In this document: positions 46,654 through 55,695 of the stretch, in pieces
How positions within the stretch are numbered: position 1 is the first letter of the stretch
Layout: each line of letters opens with the position of its first letter
Assembly: GCA_964525415.1 (NCBI GenBank)
Contig: CAZGGZ010000009.1
Location: 1 to 61,690 of the forward strand
Direction: 5' to 3'
DNA: 61,690 nucleotides
Source of the DNA: an uncultured Rikenellaceae bacterium
GTDB taxonomy: Bacteria; Bacteroidota; Bacteroidia; Bacteroidales; VadinHA17
Notes under the pieces: model-generated
The model's database searches: none
What the model saw: only the letters and a program-made list of their open reading frames with translations
Told to the model about the DNA's origin: nothing
Position numbers and translations under genes: made by a program

Positions 46654-47678
46654 CAGAATGAACCTGTTTCCCTTTTGTTTCTTAGAATAATCCAGATTAC
46701 AACCGGTATTCCGATCAGCGATGTTACCGAATTGACAGGAAGGACATTTGCAGAACCCGGCAGCTGTGATATAATATCGCTTACAAGCATTATTATACCT
46801 CCTGTAATGATAGTTCCCGGAACAAGTATCCCGTGATCCGAAGTTCTGAACAGGTTTCTGGCAATATGCGGAACAGCAATTCCTATGAATCCGATAGGAC
46901 CGCAGAAAGCTGTAACGCTTCCTGCCAGTATGCTTGTACAGGCGAAAATAACAGTTCGAGAGAGCTTCAGATTCAGACCGACACTGGCTGCGTAGTTCTC
47001 CCCAAGCAAAAGGGCATTCAGCATCTTTACAGACGCCAGGCTTAAGATCATCCCTGCGGTAACGGTTGCCAGAAGGACTTTCAGCTGTTCTGCTGAAAGA
47101 TTCCCGAGGCTGCCCATTGTCCATATTACATAGGCTTTCAGCATTGTTTCATTGCTGAAATACTGCATGATACTTACTATTGCAGATATCCCGCTTGCAA
47201 GCATAATCCCAAGAATTAGTATAGTCATTATGTCTCTAATCCTTGAGGAAATGAACATTATCAAAACCATAACCGCACCTGCTCCTATCCAGGCTGAGAC
47301 TACCAGGGCCCAGTTGCCCAGACTCTGAATGTTTTCCGGGGAAAACCGCGATGAAAAACCAAGTATTACAACAGCAACTCCAAGGCTGGCACCTGAACTC
47401 ACTCCAAGAACATACGGACCGGCCATCGGATTCCTGAATAGAGTCTGCATCTGAAGTCCGCTCAGAGATAAGGCAACTCCTGCTGCCAGTGCAGTAAATG
47501 CTTTCGGGAGCCTGAACCTGAGGATTATTGTTTCGATACCGGGATCAGGACTTTTGAACAGCGCACCGACAATTTCTGAAGGCTTAATTGATACCGAGCC
47601 AAGGAGAATATCAAGAATAAAGCTTAAGAACAGGAGGATGACCAGAATTGAAAAGATCAGGATCTTTCGTCTTCTCAT
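46653..47678 (-). CDS. btuC: Cobalamin ABC transporter permease (FecCD family)
   Basis: RLPKAFTA, QTLFRNPMAGPYVLGVSSGA and GPIGFIGIAVPH; start 47678 or 47708. Confidence 0.88.
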   Translation of the reverse strand: MRRRKILIFSILVILLFLSFILDILLGSVSIKPSEIVGALFKSPDPGIETIILRFRLPKAFTALAAGVALSLSGLQMQTLFRNPMAGPYVLGVSSGASLGVAVVILGFSSRFSPENIQSLGNWALVVSAWIGAGAVMVLIMFISSRIRDIMTILILGIMLASGISAIVSIMQYFSNETMLKAYVIWTMGSLGNLSAEQLKVLLATVTAGMILSLASVKMLNALLLGENYAASVGLNLKLSRTVIFACTSILAGSVTAFCGPIGFIGIAVPHIARNLFRTSDHGILVPGTIITGGIIMLVSDIISQLPGSANVLPVNSVTSLIGIPVVIWIILRNKRETGSF

Positions 47679-47731
47679 TTCAATTTCCGATAGTACAGCC
47701 TCAGGCATTTCAGATCTTAATAATCCTTCGT

Positions 47732-48898
47732 TTATTCAATTCTGCGGTAATAGAAGAGTTCTGCATCCGGAAATAGTGAAGGATGCAGGATTGCGCCAAT
47801 ATCCTTGAGTATCAGGTGAGGATTGAGGATACCGCTTTCCCAGTAATCATTGCCTCCAGACGGTGATATCCTGTTATCATTATTGAACAAGTTCCCGTTC
47901 CTGAAACAGGGTATGGTTTCCAGCCTTGGATCAAGCGAAAATATTTCTCTTTTAGATCCGGCGTTGCCTGTGTTAAGCCAGTATTCAGCCTCCAGAGATC
48001 TTAAATAAACATCTTCAATGCCATAGGGCATCGATACGGATGATTTTGTGTCACGCCAGAGGTAATTGCCGCCTGCATCTTCAATGAACCGGCTTATGTA
48101 TGAATTGCCCGGTGAAATAAACCAGGTATCCCTGAAAGGAAGTCCCATGAGAACATCCGGTCTTTCCCTGCAGTTTTTGCTGATATAGGATTTTATCCGG
48201 TTGTATGATTCTGAAACTGAAATGAATATTGAATCTGCAATTTTCTCCCTGCAGAAAAGCGCACCGAAGAGTTTTATCCATTCAGCCTTTCCCAAAGGAT
48301 CAGTTTCAAGATAATCGGCGTTGAACATGACTTTTATGCCAAGTTCCTTTACCTTGCCAAGGTAACCGGTTGATTCACTTCCTATTCCGTACATCATTAT
48401 CAGATCAGGAGAGAGACTGATGATCAATTCATTATTTAACCCTGACTCATATCCGACATCATATATCAGATCCTGGCTTATTCTTTCATTTATTTTCTCA
48501 TTGTATATGAAATCTTTCCCTGAGACACCTGTTATAGCATCTTCCGCACCTAGAGCCTCAATCATTGCGACATGCGTGGTGGACATGCAGATGATTTTCT
48601 TCAGTGGCACCTCGATTATTGATAACTTATCTGAACTGAGTGATTCCCCGTTAATTCTGTTTACAAGGTAATAAACCTGCTTAATCCCACTGGCGCCCTG
48701 CCATGGATCCGTTATGGTGAGGATTGTACAGGAATCGGTCTTTTCAAGAGAAAATCTCCGGGCACTGGTGACTATCGCATCAGACGCTTTAATACCTGAA
48801 CCCGGTCGGATGTCGTTTCTGACAGTGCAGGATACAAAAACCAATGCAATGATGACCAATGCGAAGCTGAGATATGGTATTTTACTTTCGATCCTCAT
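47732..48898 (-). CDS. btuF: Cobalamin-binding periplasmic lipoprotein
   Basis: FVS-C lipobox; ICMSTTH, YLETDPLGKAEWIK and GGNDYWESG. Confidence 0.85.
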   Translation of the reverse strand: MRIESKIPYLSFALVIIALVFVSCTVRNDIRPGSGIKASDAIVTSARRFSLEKTDSCTILTITDPWQGASGIKQVYYLVNRINGESLSSDKLSIIEVPLKKIICMSTTHVAMIEALGAEDAITGVSGKDFIYNEKINERISQDLIYDVGYESGLNNELIISLSPDLIMMYGIGSESTGYLGKVKELGIKVMFNADYLETDPLGKAEWIKLFGALFCREKIADSIFISVSESYNRIKSYISKNCRERPDVLMGLPFRDTWFISPGNSYISRFIEDAGGNYLWRDTKSSVSMPYGIEDVYLRSLEAEYWLNTGNAGSKREIFSLDPRLETIPCFRNGNLFNNDNRISPSGGNDYWESGILNPHLILKDIGAILHPSLFPDAELFYYRRIE

Positions 48899-49959
48899 TC
48901 AATCACCGGACTTGGCCGGACCTTAAAACACAATGATCCGGGGATGATACCTGCATTATATGAATTGAGCGAATCTCCCTTGCTGTTATAAATCAGGACC
49001 ATACCATTATGCTGATAATCAACAGCATCTGTTACGAAAATATCTCCGTTCACGGGATTTATACCAAGCTTGTAGAAAATACGCTCTCGTTCTTCAATAA
49101 AAGGTTCTGCCGGCACTCCTGATGCTCCAATATCCATTCTCTTTATCCCCTTCTGCAGGTAGAACAAAGTATTTCCATCCCCGTTGATACTGAGGCTGGT
49201 TGGTGAATCAAGGATTGATGGGAAAACATGCCTTTTCATAATTTCATACGACTGTGTATTAATTCCTGTCAGTTCAGCATAGTACTTTCTTGCCCATCCG
49301 CCGTTACACAGCACCCAGAGAACATATTTATTATCGATCACCATGCTCTCAGGTTCCCTTCCAACTTTTATGGAATCAGTCATTTTATCAATGGCAGTAT
49401 TAATCACAACAACTTCATCACCACCATACCAGCTTGAAACAAAAGCCTTCATGCCAGTAGTTACAATGGATTCAGAAGTCCTCCTGATATTAATGTAACC
49501 TGATATCTTATTATTTTCAAGATCCAGTATTGTGATGGAGTCTGAATAAAGGCTGCTCACATAAGCCTTGCTATGGTCAATGATTGCTATGTTTCTTGGT
49601 GAAATGAGTCCTGTTATAGTAGCTACCGATTTCAGGGAATTCTTTTTGACGACTTCTATTTTCCCCGAATTATTAACAACAATATACCCGAATTCGCCAT
49701 ATAGAGCCATAGAGTTTGGAACGTCACCAAGAGGTCTTTCGTTAGCTTTCTGAAAAACATCATTATGAATTTTTGAAGAATCATATGAATAATACGAAAC
49801 GGTTCCATTCCCCCACGTGTAGTTACCTTCGTTGATAATAAATACTCCGTCTCCGCTAATGAATGACTCTTCCGGATCCTGTTGACCCGGACCATCGAGT
49901 CTCTTTTCACAAGAGCAGATGAACAGAACGGCAATTAAGAAAATAAGTAATCGTTTCAT
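48895..49959 (-). CDS. btuG: BtuG-like surface lipoprotein (YncE/beta-propeller)
   Basis: ICS-C lipobox; NEGNY, VFQKANERPLGDV, YIVVNNSGKIEV, SPRNI and DAVDYQHNG. Confidence 0.8.
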   Translation of the reverse strand: MKRLLIFLIAVLFICSCEKRLDGPGQQDPEESFISGDGVFIINEGNYTWGNGTVSYYSYDSSKIHNDVFQKANERPLGDVPNSMALYGEFGYIVVNNSGKIEVVKKNSLKSVATITGLISPRNIAIIDHSKAYVSSLYSDSITILDLENNKISGYINIRRTSESIVTTGMKAFVSSWYGGDEVVVINTAIDKMTDSIKVGREPESMVIDNKYVLWVLCNGGWARKYYAELTGINTQSYEIMKRHVFPSILDSPTSLSINGDGNTLFYLQKGIKRMDIGASGVPAEPFIEERERIFYKLGINPVNGDIFVTDAVDYQHNGMVLIYNSKGDSLNSYNAGIIPGSLCFKVRPSPVIE

Positions 49960-51908
49960 TTCCTGACTTTTTTACTTAACTGATACAAAACGGAAGCATG
50001 ATATGACCTGCCAGGTTGAGGGTGAAATGCGATTGTCTGGTAGCTTAAATCAAATATATTGTCAATCCTGAAGCTTAAATCAAATAAATTCATGCCGAAT
50101 GGAATTTTTAATCCGGAAACAAAATTTGTTATTGAGCAAGAAGGCAAATGGGCTGAATTATCGACTGTAATAAATCTTTTTCCTGTAAAAGTTGTAATCC
50201 ACATTAAATAAAACTTCCTGTATCCTGCAAACAAAGATCCGTTAGCCTGGTTCTCAGGAATATACATAAGCTGGTTAACCGTTGCAGCTTCAGTGCCTGT
50301 TCCTGCCGAGAGTGCTCTTGTGCAGGAGTATCCTGCATTAAGATTAACTGTCATATTATCATGTGAGTATCTCAGCGACAGCGAAGCTTCAAATCCTGCT
50401 GTGTTGACCCTGTTAATATTATCGGCTATCCAGTAAGCAAATTCTCCCGGATGCCATTGGATCATGTCCCTGATAAGATTCCTGTAGAAACCAATTTCAG
50501 AGTCAAGCGACATGGAGGCAGAAATTTTCTGATTCATCTTATATCCAAAATCAAAAAGGTATGCAAATTCGTTTTTAAGATCCCTGTTTCCTCCCGGATA
50601 CCAGTATCGTTCGTTCATCGAAGGCAGGCGCGAAGTTCTGGAGAATCCTGATCTCAGAAAATGATCCTCGCCTGGGAACAATCTGAATTCCAGTCCTGCA
50701 GAGAAATCCGGGACCATGAGCCTGGTATTATCCAGGGTTTCTCTCATAAGCAATGTAGTTCCCAGTCTGCTACCTGATCTTCTTTCTGCAAGAACAGTAA
50801 GGGATGCTGTGTTTCCCGCAACATTTTTTTCGTAATTATTTGAATTGATAGCATTTAATTCTTCATTAAAGAATACTTTAAGTTCTGTACCCTTCAGTAT
50901 CCGTGCTTCAAATCCCAGTTTAAGGATGAAGGAGTTTGACCTGTTTAACGACTCAATTGAAGCAAGCTGGTTATGATAATCAAGCCTGTTTAATATCCAT
51001 GATCCTTTGACAAAAAAGTTTGTTTTTCCTTTTTCAGTATCAAAACTGAACAAGGTCCTGAATGATTCATCATTCTGCTTTTCACCGGAAGTGCCTGATT
51101 GAATGAGCATAGACCCCGGAAGGTTCCTGTCTGCTGACTGGTACCATATTCGTGCAGAAAGAACATTTTTATCCTTTCTGAAATACAGCTCCTGAAGAAA
51201 ATCTTTGCGTGAAATCTGACTATTGGTTCTTTTTTCCCGGACGGGCTCTGAACCTGTTATTGTATTCAGATATGGATAATCATTTTCCGAATAATCCAGG
51301 TTTATCTTTGTTACAGACAGTAAATTGTCATTTCCAGTCTTTATACCTGCCTGAAGGAAAAAGTTCCCGAAGCTTCCAATGCCGGGATTTATGGAACCCA
51401 GAGTCTGTTTACCCCAGGAGGGTTTATTTTCCAGGTTAATAATGCCGCCTATACCTCCGCCTCCGATATCCATGGAGGCTCCTCCCATGCTTAACTGGAT
51501 ATTATCAAGCAAACCAGGTGTGATAAGCGAGAAATCGGCTTGCCCCAGCATTGGATTGCTTATATTGATCCCATTCCAGGATACCTGGGTATGTGAAGCG
51601 CCTGTGCCACGCAGCGAAGATGTCGCTGAACCTCCTGATCCGTAACTTTTAATGAATACCGGTGAACTTGCGGTCAGCAGTTCAGCAAGAGAAATATGAT
51701 TGTAGTTCCTGAGCAGAGTTGAATCGATATTTGTTTTCCTGAAACCCGGAAGTTCAGAGTCTATATGCCTGCTGCTGATAACAACTTCCTTTATTTTTAT
51801 TGTGTCATCGCTGAAAAGATCTTGTCCCTGTGAAGGAGTACAAACCAGAAACAGTGCATACGCGATGATATGCCATGGAACAATGCAGGATTTTTTAAGG
51901 TCTTCCAT
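49956..51908 (-). CDS. btuB: TonB-dependent cobalamin receptor
   Basis: IKEVVIS TonB-box region; plug motifs SYGSGG.ATSSLRGTGASHTQVSWNGI and NPMLGQ.D; C-terminal PQPGRSY; riboswitch upstream. Confidence 0.88.
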   Translation of the reverse strand: MEDLKKSCIVPWHIIAYALFLVCTPSQGQDLFSDDTIKIKEVVISSRHIDSELPGFRKTNIDSTLLRNYNHISLAELLTASSPVFIKSYGSGGSATSSLRGTGASHTQVSWNGINISNPMLGQADFSLITPGLLDNIQLSMGGASMDIGGGGIGGIINLENKPSWGKQTLGSINPGIGSFGNFFLQAGIKTGNDNLLSVTKINLDYSENDYPYLNTITGSEPVREKRTNSQISRKDFLQELYFRKDKNVLSARIWYQSADRNLPGSMLIQSGTSGEKQNDESFRTLFSFDTEKGKTNFFVKGSWILNRLDYHNQLASIESLNRSNSFILKLGFEARILKGTELKVFFNEELNAINSNNYEKNVAGNTASLTVLAERRSGSRLGTTLLMRETLDNTRLMVPDFSAGLEFRLFPGEDHFLRSGFSRTSRLPSMNERYWYPGGNRDLKNEFAYLFDFGYKMNQKISASMSLDSEIGFYRNLIRDMIQWHPGEFAYWIADNINRVNTAGFEASLSLRYSHDNMTVNLNAGYSCTRALSAGTGTEAATVNQLMYIPENQANGSLFAGYRKFYLMWITTFTGKRFITVDNSAHLPSCSITNFVSGLKIPFGMNLFDLSFRIDNIFDLSYQTIAFHPQPGRSYHASVLYQLSKKVRK

Positions 51909-52013
51909 TCACTCCTATCTCTATTAAAGCCTTATTCAGGATTTCAGAAGGATAAGAATGGAATCAACTCGGACTCTGAGCCTTACTTCCCGAAAGCCTT
52001 GAACATGGTTTGT

Positions 52014-52200
52014 CTGGCAGGTCTTCTGACTTGTCCCGGCCTTATGAAGCCTTCCCATCCCGAGTCCTCGGGACAGTGGCAGGTTATCATAAAGCCATCA
52101 TCGTTAGAACGATCGGGCATCACAGCAGCGGGTACTGTCGCGGATTCACACCGCATTCCCTTTTCATCGCGCTGATTTTATTTCAGAGCGACACCAATAC
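52014..52200 (-). promoter_or_regulatory. Cobalamin (AdoCbl) riboswitch
   Basis: Minus strand GGTG...AAAAGGGAATGCGGTGTGAATCCGCGACAGTACCCGCTGCTGT...GCCACTG...GGGAAGG...AAGTCAGAAGACCTGCC (B12 box). Confidence 0.96.
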
Positions 52201-52204
52201 TGAA

Positions 52205-52212
52205 CAAAGATA
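52205..52212 (-). promoter_or_regulatory. -7 promoter element for the riboswitch/btu transcript
   Basis: Minus strand TATCTTTG immediately upstream of the aptamer. Confidence 0.7.
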
Positions 52213-52281
52213 AACTAATTATTAAATCAAAACAGGTTGATAACTCAGGGAGATATTAACAAGAGGGTTGCTGGTTGCTGG

Positions 52282-54519
52282 TTATTTGCTTACTGGGAGT
52301 TTTCTAAGTACTTGTTCTCCGATTCCGATTCTGTAGCCTTCAGGCGGAGCAAGATCTTTTCTCAACTTTACATTTATTATTCTGTGTTCTCCTTCATGAA
52401 GGTCAAAGAAGGTGATATTTGTTAGTATCCTGCTGTCGCTGACTCTGTTCCCGGTGACCATCATGTAATGACCCGGGGTCAGCTGCAACTCTTCCACGAA
52501 AGCGTCAATGCGCCTGTTATAATCATATTCAAGTGTATTGTAACGTCCGTTTTCAAAATGTGCGATTGTAAAATGAGTGTAATATTCCGGAACAGGATTT
52601 ACGCCATTTGTGGTCAGCTTGAGGAAGCTTTTCCCTGCTGAAGGAGGTTTCTGGTCATCAAAGTATACATCATTCCAGACCGAATTATGCCAGAATTGAG
52701 GTACTCTGCTTCCCGGCTCCAGCCTGGCAGGTATCCCAAGGCTGCGGCATACAGCTACAAAACAGATAGCCCTTGACCGTGTGTCGGATACTTTCAGCTT
52801 GCTTACACCGATCGGGGTCAATGCTGTTTTTGAATAATTTTCGTCGTCTGCTATTGTTATGCTGTCATTGAACCAGTCAGTTATGAGGAATGGGGTATCA
52901 GGAGCGTTTACCTTCAGTTCTTCAGGCAGCGACCTGAAAAACCAGCTGCGCCATAAGGTAAGGATTTCATTTGATACACGCGGATTTAAAACATACTGAA
53001 TAAACATTGATTCCTCACTGCAAAAAGGAACTGAGAAAATCAGGTGATCATAAAGAACATTCTCCCTGGTGTCTCTGAGATCCTTTTCAGCTATGACCTC
53101 AAGAAGCGAGACAGCTGTTTCCTTTAAAGTATCAGGCGTATTATTCAGAAACTCGATTATGCTTCTGTAATTCCCCATGCTGCGTGATATTATACCGGTA
53201 ATCCTTGAGCTGTCCACTCCGTAATTACGAGCAAAAGCTCTGGTCTCATCAGGGGTTATCCATGAATCAATATATCTCTGGCGCAAAGTGTTTTCCTCGT
53301 CAAGCCGTTTTGAGTTGGCTTCAACCATCTCCTGCGATGGCGCTTGAAGGGGAGCACGTGACAACGGGACTTCCATATCAAGATCAATACTGCGTGCATC
53401 ATAGTTCTTTCCCAACCGCAGAATTAATGTATCGGTGCCCGCAACTGATATTTTCCTGAAATCAAAATCATCTTTCTTCCTTCCCCAGATCAGAAGGTCG
53501 CCCAGGCCTGTAATGAAGGTGCTCATTCCTTTTTCATCTGTCGTAACTGAAGCAAGCGGATAGAACTCAGCGTAATTGTAAAGCTGATATTCCACTGTTG
53601 CGCCTTCAACAGGTTTACCGAGAGAATCTATTGTTTTTACGTATACCTGTTTTGTTACAGCATATTTTGGAAGGTTGTTTATCTCCGAATACTTATCATG
53701 GTGGTTAATTATTATCTCATTCCCTTCGTATGCGCCGAAGGCTTTTGTATGAACGAGCATGGCACGTCTTGCAGGTTCAGTGAACCATCCGCGGTCAATT
53801 ACAGGCTCCGGTTCACAGGCTCCCATATAGTACCATTTTCCGTCATTCCATATTTCCACCCATGCATGGTTGTCGTCGCTGTGAGCCCATCTCGGAGTGT
53901 AAACCTGCCTGGCAGGTATTCCTGCGGTCCTCAGTGCTGCAACTGTAAATGTGGATTCTTCTCCGCATCTCCCTCTGGCAGAGAGCATAGTGCTCAGAGG
54001 CGCTGATGTTCTGGAATCAGAAGGCTGATAGGTTACTTTTTCATGACACCAGTGGTTTATCTCAAGAGCAGCATCCATAAGAGTCTTTCCTTCCACCCTT
54101 CCCATTATCTCATCATAGCATATTATCCTGAATGAATCAAGGTTTTCATTATTTACCCTTACCGGTAAAACAAAGTGCAGAAAGATATCTTCAGGGATTG
54201 ATTCCCCCCATGGAGTCTCTTCTCTTGCTCTGAGTGACATATTAATGTTGGCAAGAAAAAATCCGCCTGAATGTTCAGCAAGATCATTTAATGGCATAAA
54301 TGCATACAGGAATTTCAAAGCTTCTGTCTGCTCAGGGGAAAGGTTATCATCAAAAACAGAAAAAAGCTGCTCATTCCTGTTTTGAGCAAGGCGTTCAACC
54401 TGAGAAAAAGAAATATCAACCTTTTCCCTGTATTCTTTATCCTTAATCAGATGGTCATGATAGCAGCCTGAACCCATGACTGATAAAATAATAATCAGGG
54501 CAAGATGAAAGTACTTCAT
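52282..54519 (-). CDS. Transglutaminase-like domain lipoprotein
   Basis: GSG-C lipobox; GRCGEESTF, GIPARQVYTPRWAHSDDNHAWVE; second degenerate CRSLGIPAR module. Confidence 0.85.
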   Translation of the reverse strand: MKYFHLALIIILSVMGSGCYHDHLIKDKEYREKVDISFSQVERLAQNRNEQLFSVFDDNLSPEQTEALKFLYAFMPLNDLAEHSGGFFLANINMSLRAREETPWGESIPEDIFLHFVLPVRVNNENLDSFRIICYDEIMGRVEGKTLMDAALEINHWCHEKVTYQPSDSRTSAPLSTMLSARGRCGEESTFTVAALRTAGIPARQVYTPRWAHSDDNHAWVEIWNDGKWYYMGACEPEPVIDRGWFTEPARRAMLVHTKAFGAYEGNEIIINHHDKYSEINNLPKYAVTKQVYVKTIDSLGKPVEGATVEYQLYNYAEFYPLASVTTDEKGMSTFITGLGDLLIWGRKKDDFDFRKISVAGTDTLILRLGKNYDARSIDLDMEVPLSRAPLQAPSQEMVEANSKRLDEENTLRQRYIDSWITPDETRAFARNYGVDSSRITGIISRSMGNYRSIIEFLNNTPDTLKETAVSLLEVIAEKDLRDTRENVLYDHLIFSVPFCSEESMFIQYVLNPRVSNEILTLWRSWFFRSLPEELKVNAPDTPFLITDWFNDSITIADDENYSKTALTPIGVSKLKVSDTRSRAICFVAVCRSLGIPARLEPGSRVPQFWHNSVWNDVYFDDQKPPSAGKSFLKLTTNGVNPVPEYYTHFTIAHFENGRYNTLEYDYNRRIDAFVEELQLTPGHYMMVTGNRVSDSRILTNITFFDLHEGEHRIINVKLRKDLAPPEGYRIGIGEQVLRKLPVSK

Positions 54520-54533
54520 AGTCACTATATTAT

Positions 54534-55565
54534 CTAAATAGTCCCGCAGGAATTCCTGACAACCAGCTCAGGTGTGATATTCACCAGACGCTTAAATCTG
54601 CCTTTTCCTGAGTTCCTGACTTCCGACCATATCATATTGGCAACTTTTATCGCCATTCCGGGCAATGGTTTTCTGAGGCAGGTCACCGGTGATAACATGA
54701 GGTCAAAGCCGGCACCCTCTTCCATGGATAAAATTGCTATATCCTGAGGAATACGCAAATTCTTTTTCCTCAACAGAGCCATCAGCGGGTAAACAAGCGA
54801 TGAGTTTATCATAATTATTATGTCGGCCCTGTATGGAGGTCTCAGGAACTTCTCCAGCAGAGAGAAGTCAATATCATTATCGGCAGGATTATCGAACTCC
54901 AGTACAACCGGTTTATTAATATTAGCTTCCTGGCTGATCGCATTTTCAACAGCATCAAGGTTATTCCTGTCAGCCTTGACTGATTTTCTGTCAGCTGCAA
55001 TGACAACATTCTGATAACCTAGTTTCAGTATGTGGTTTGTCACAAGTCTGGCGCCGGAAGTGTAATCGGTGCATACAGTATTAAGACGTAAGGTCTTCGG
55101 CATTTTCTCAAGAAGTATGAACGGATAATCTGTTGTCCGAAGGTTTCGAATTGTAGAATCATCAGCAGCTTCACCAACGAGGATCATGCCACTGAAGAAT
55201 TTTCTGAAGGAGCTGGTCAGTCTGTCAAATCTTTGATCATCAGGATCCCTGGTGACTATGGAAAATCCTAAACCGATACTGGCAAAGGCTTTCTGAAGGT
55301 ATGGAGTTATTCCTGCAACGAAGGGATCACTCAGCGATGGTACAATCATCCCTATTATTCCTGGTTTTTCTTCCACAGGCGACACTTCGTTATTTTCATC
55401 GAGTGAAGCGAAATAACCCATCTGCCTTGCCAGAGCAATAACCTTTTCCTGGGTATCCTTCTTTATGCCATGCTGATCAGCCTTGTTATTCAGAACAAGT
55501 GATACAAGAGTCCCGGAGACTCCTAATTTAGCAGCCAGATCTTTGTTCTTATACTTTTTGCCCAT
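54534..55565 (-). CDS. LacI family transcriptional regulator
   Basis: KDLAAKLGVSGTLVSLVLN HTH; IGMIVP, RIPQDIAI and LVVRNSC. Confidence 0.9.
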   Translation of the reverse strand: MGKKYKNKDLAAKLGVSGTLVSLVLNNKADQHGIKKDTQEKVIALARQMGYFASLDENNEVSPVEEKPGIIGMIVPSLSDPFVAGITPYLQKAFASIGLGFSIVTRDPDDQRFDRLTSSFRKFFSGMILVGEAADDSTIRNLRTTDYPFILLEKMPKTLRLNTVCTDYTSGARLVTNHILKLGYQNVVIAADRKSVKADRNNLDAVENAISQEANINKPVVLEFDNPADNDIDFSLLEKFLRPPYRADIIIMINSSLVYPLMALLRKKNLRIPQDIAILSMEEGAGFDLMLSPVTCLRKPLPGMAIKVANMIWSEVRNSGKGRFKRLVNITPELVVRNSCGTI

Positions 55566-55695
55566 TCCCCAAAATGTGAAAAGCTTAAAATTAGATGAAT
55601 TTCAGATGTAGTCGCAGGTTTTAAAGTTTTTTAACAATAGAGGGATATTCATCTCACTTTGAATATCTCTCTCTATTCTGTCTGAAGCATTCGGA

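Noticed and set aside
46654-47124. N-terminal 157 aa of the 490-aa ORF 45652-47124
   Set aside because: Lies inside the btuC permease in another frame and is not protein-like; the ABC ATPase starts at ATG 46653, coupled to the btuC stop
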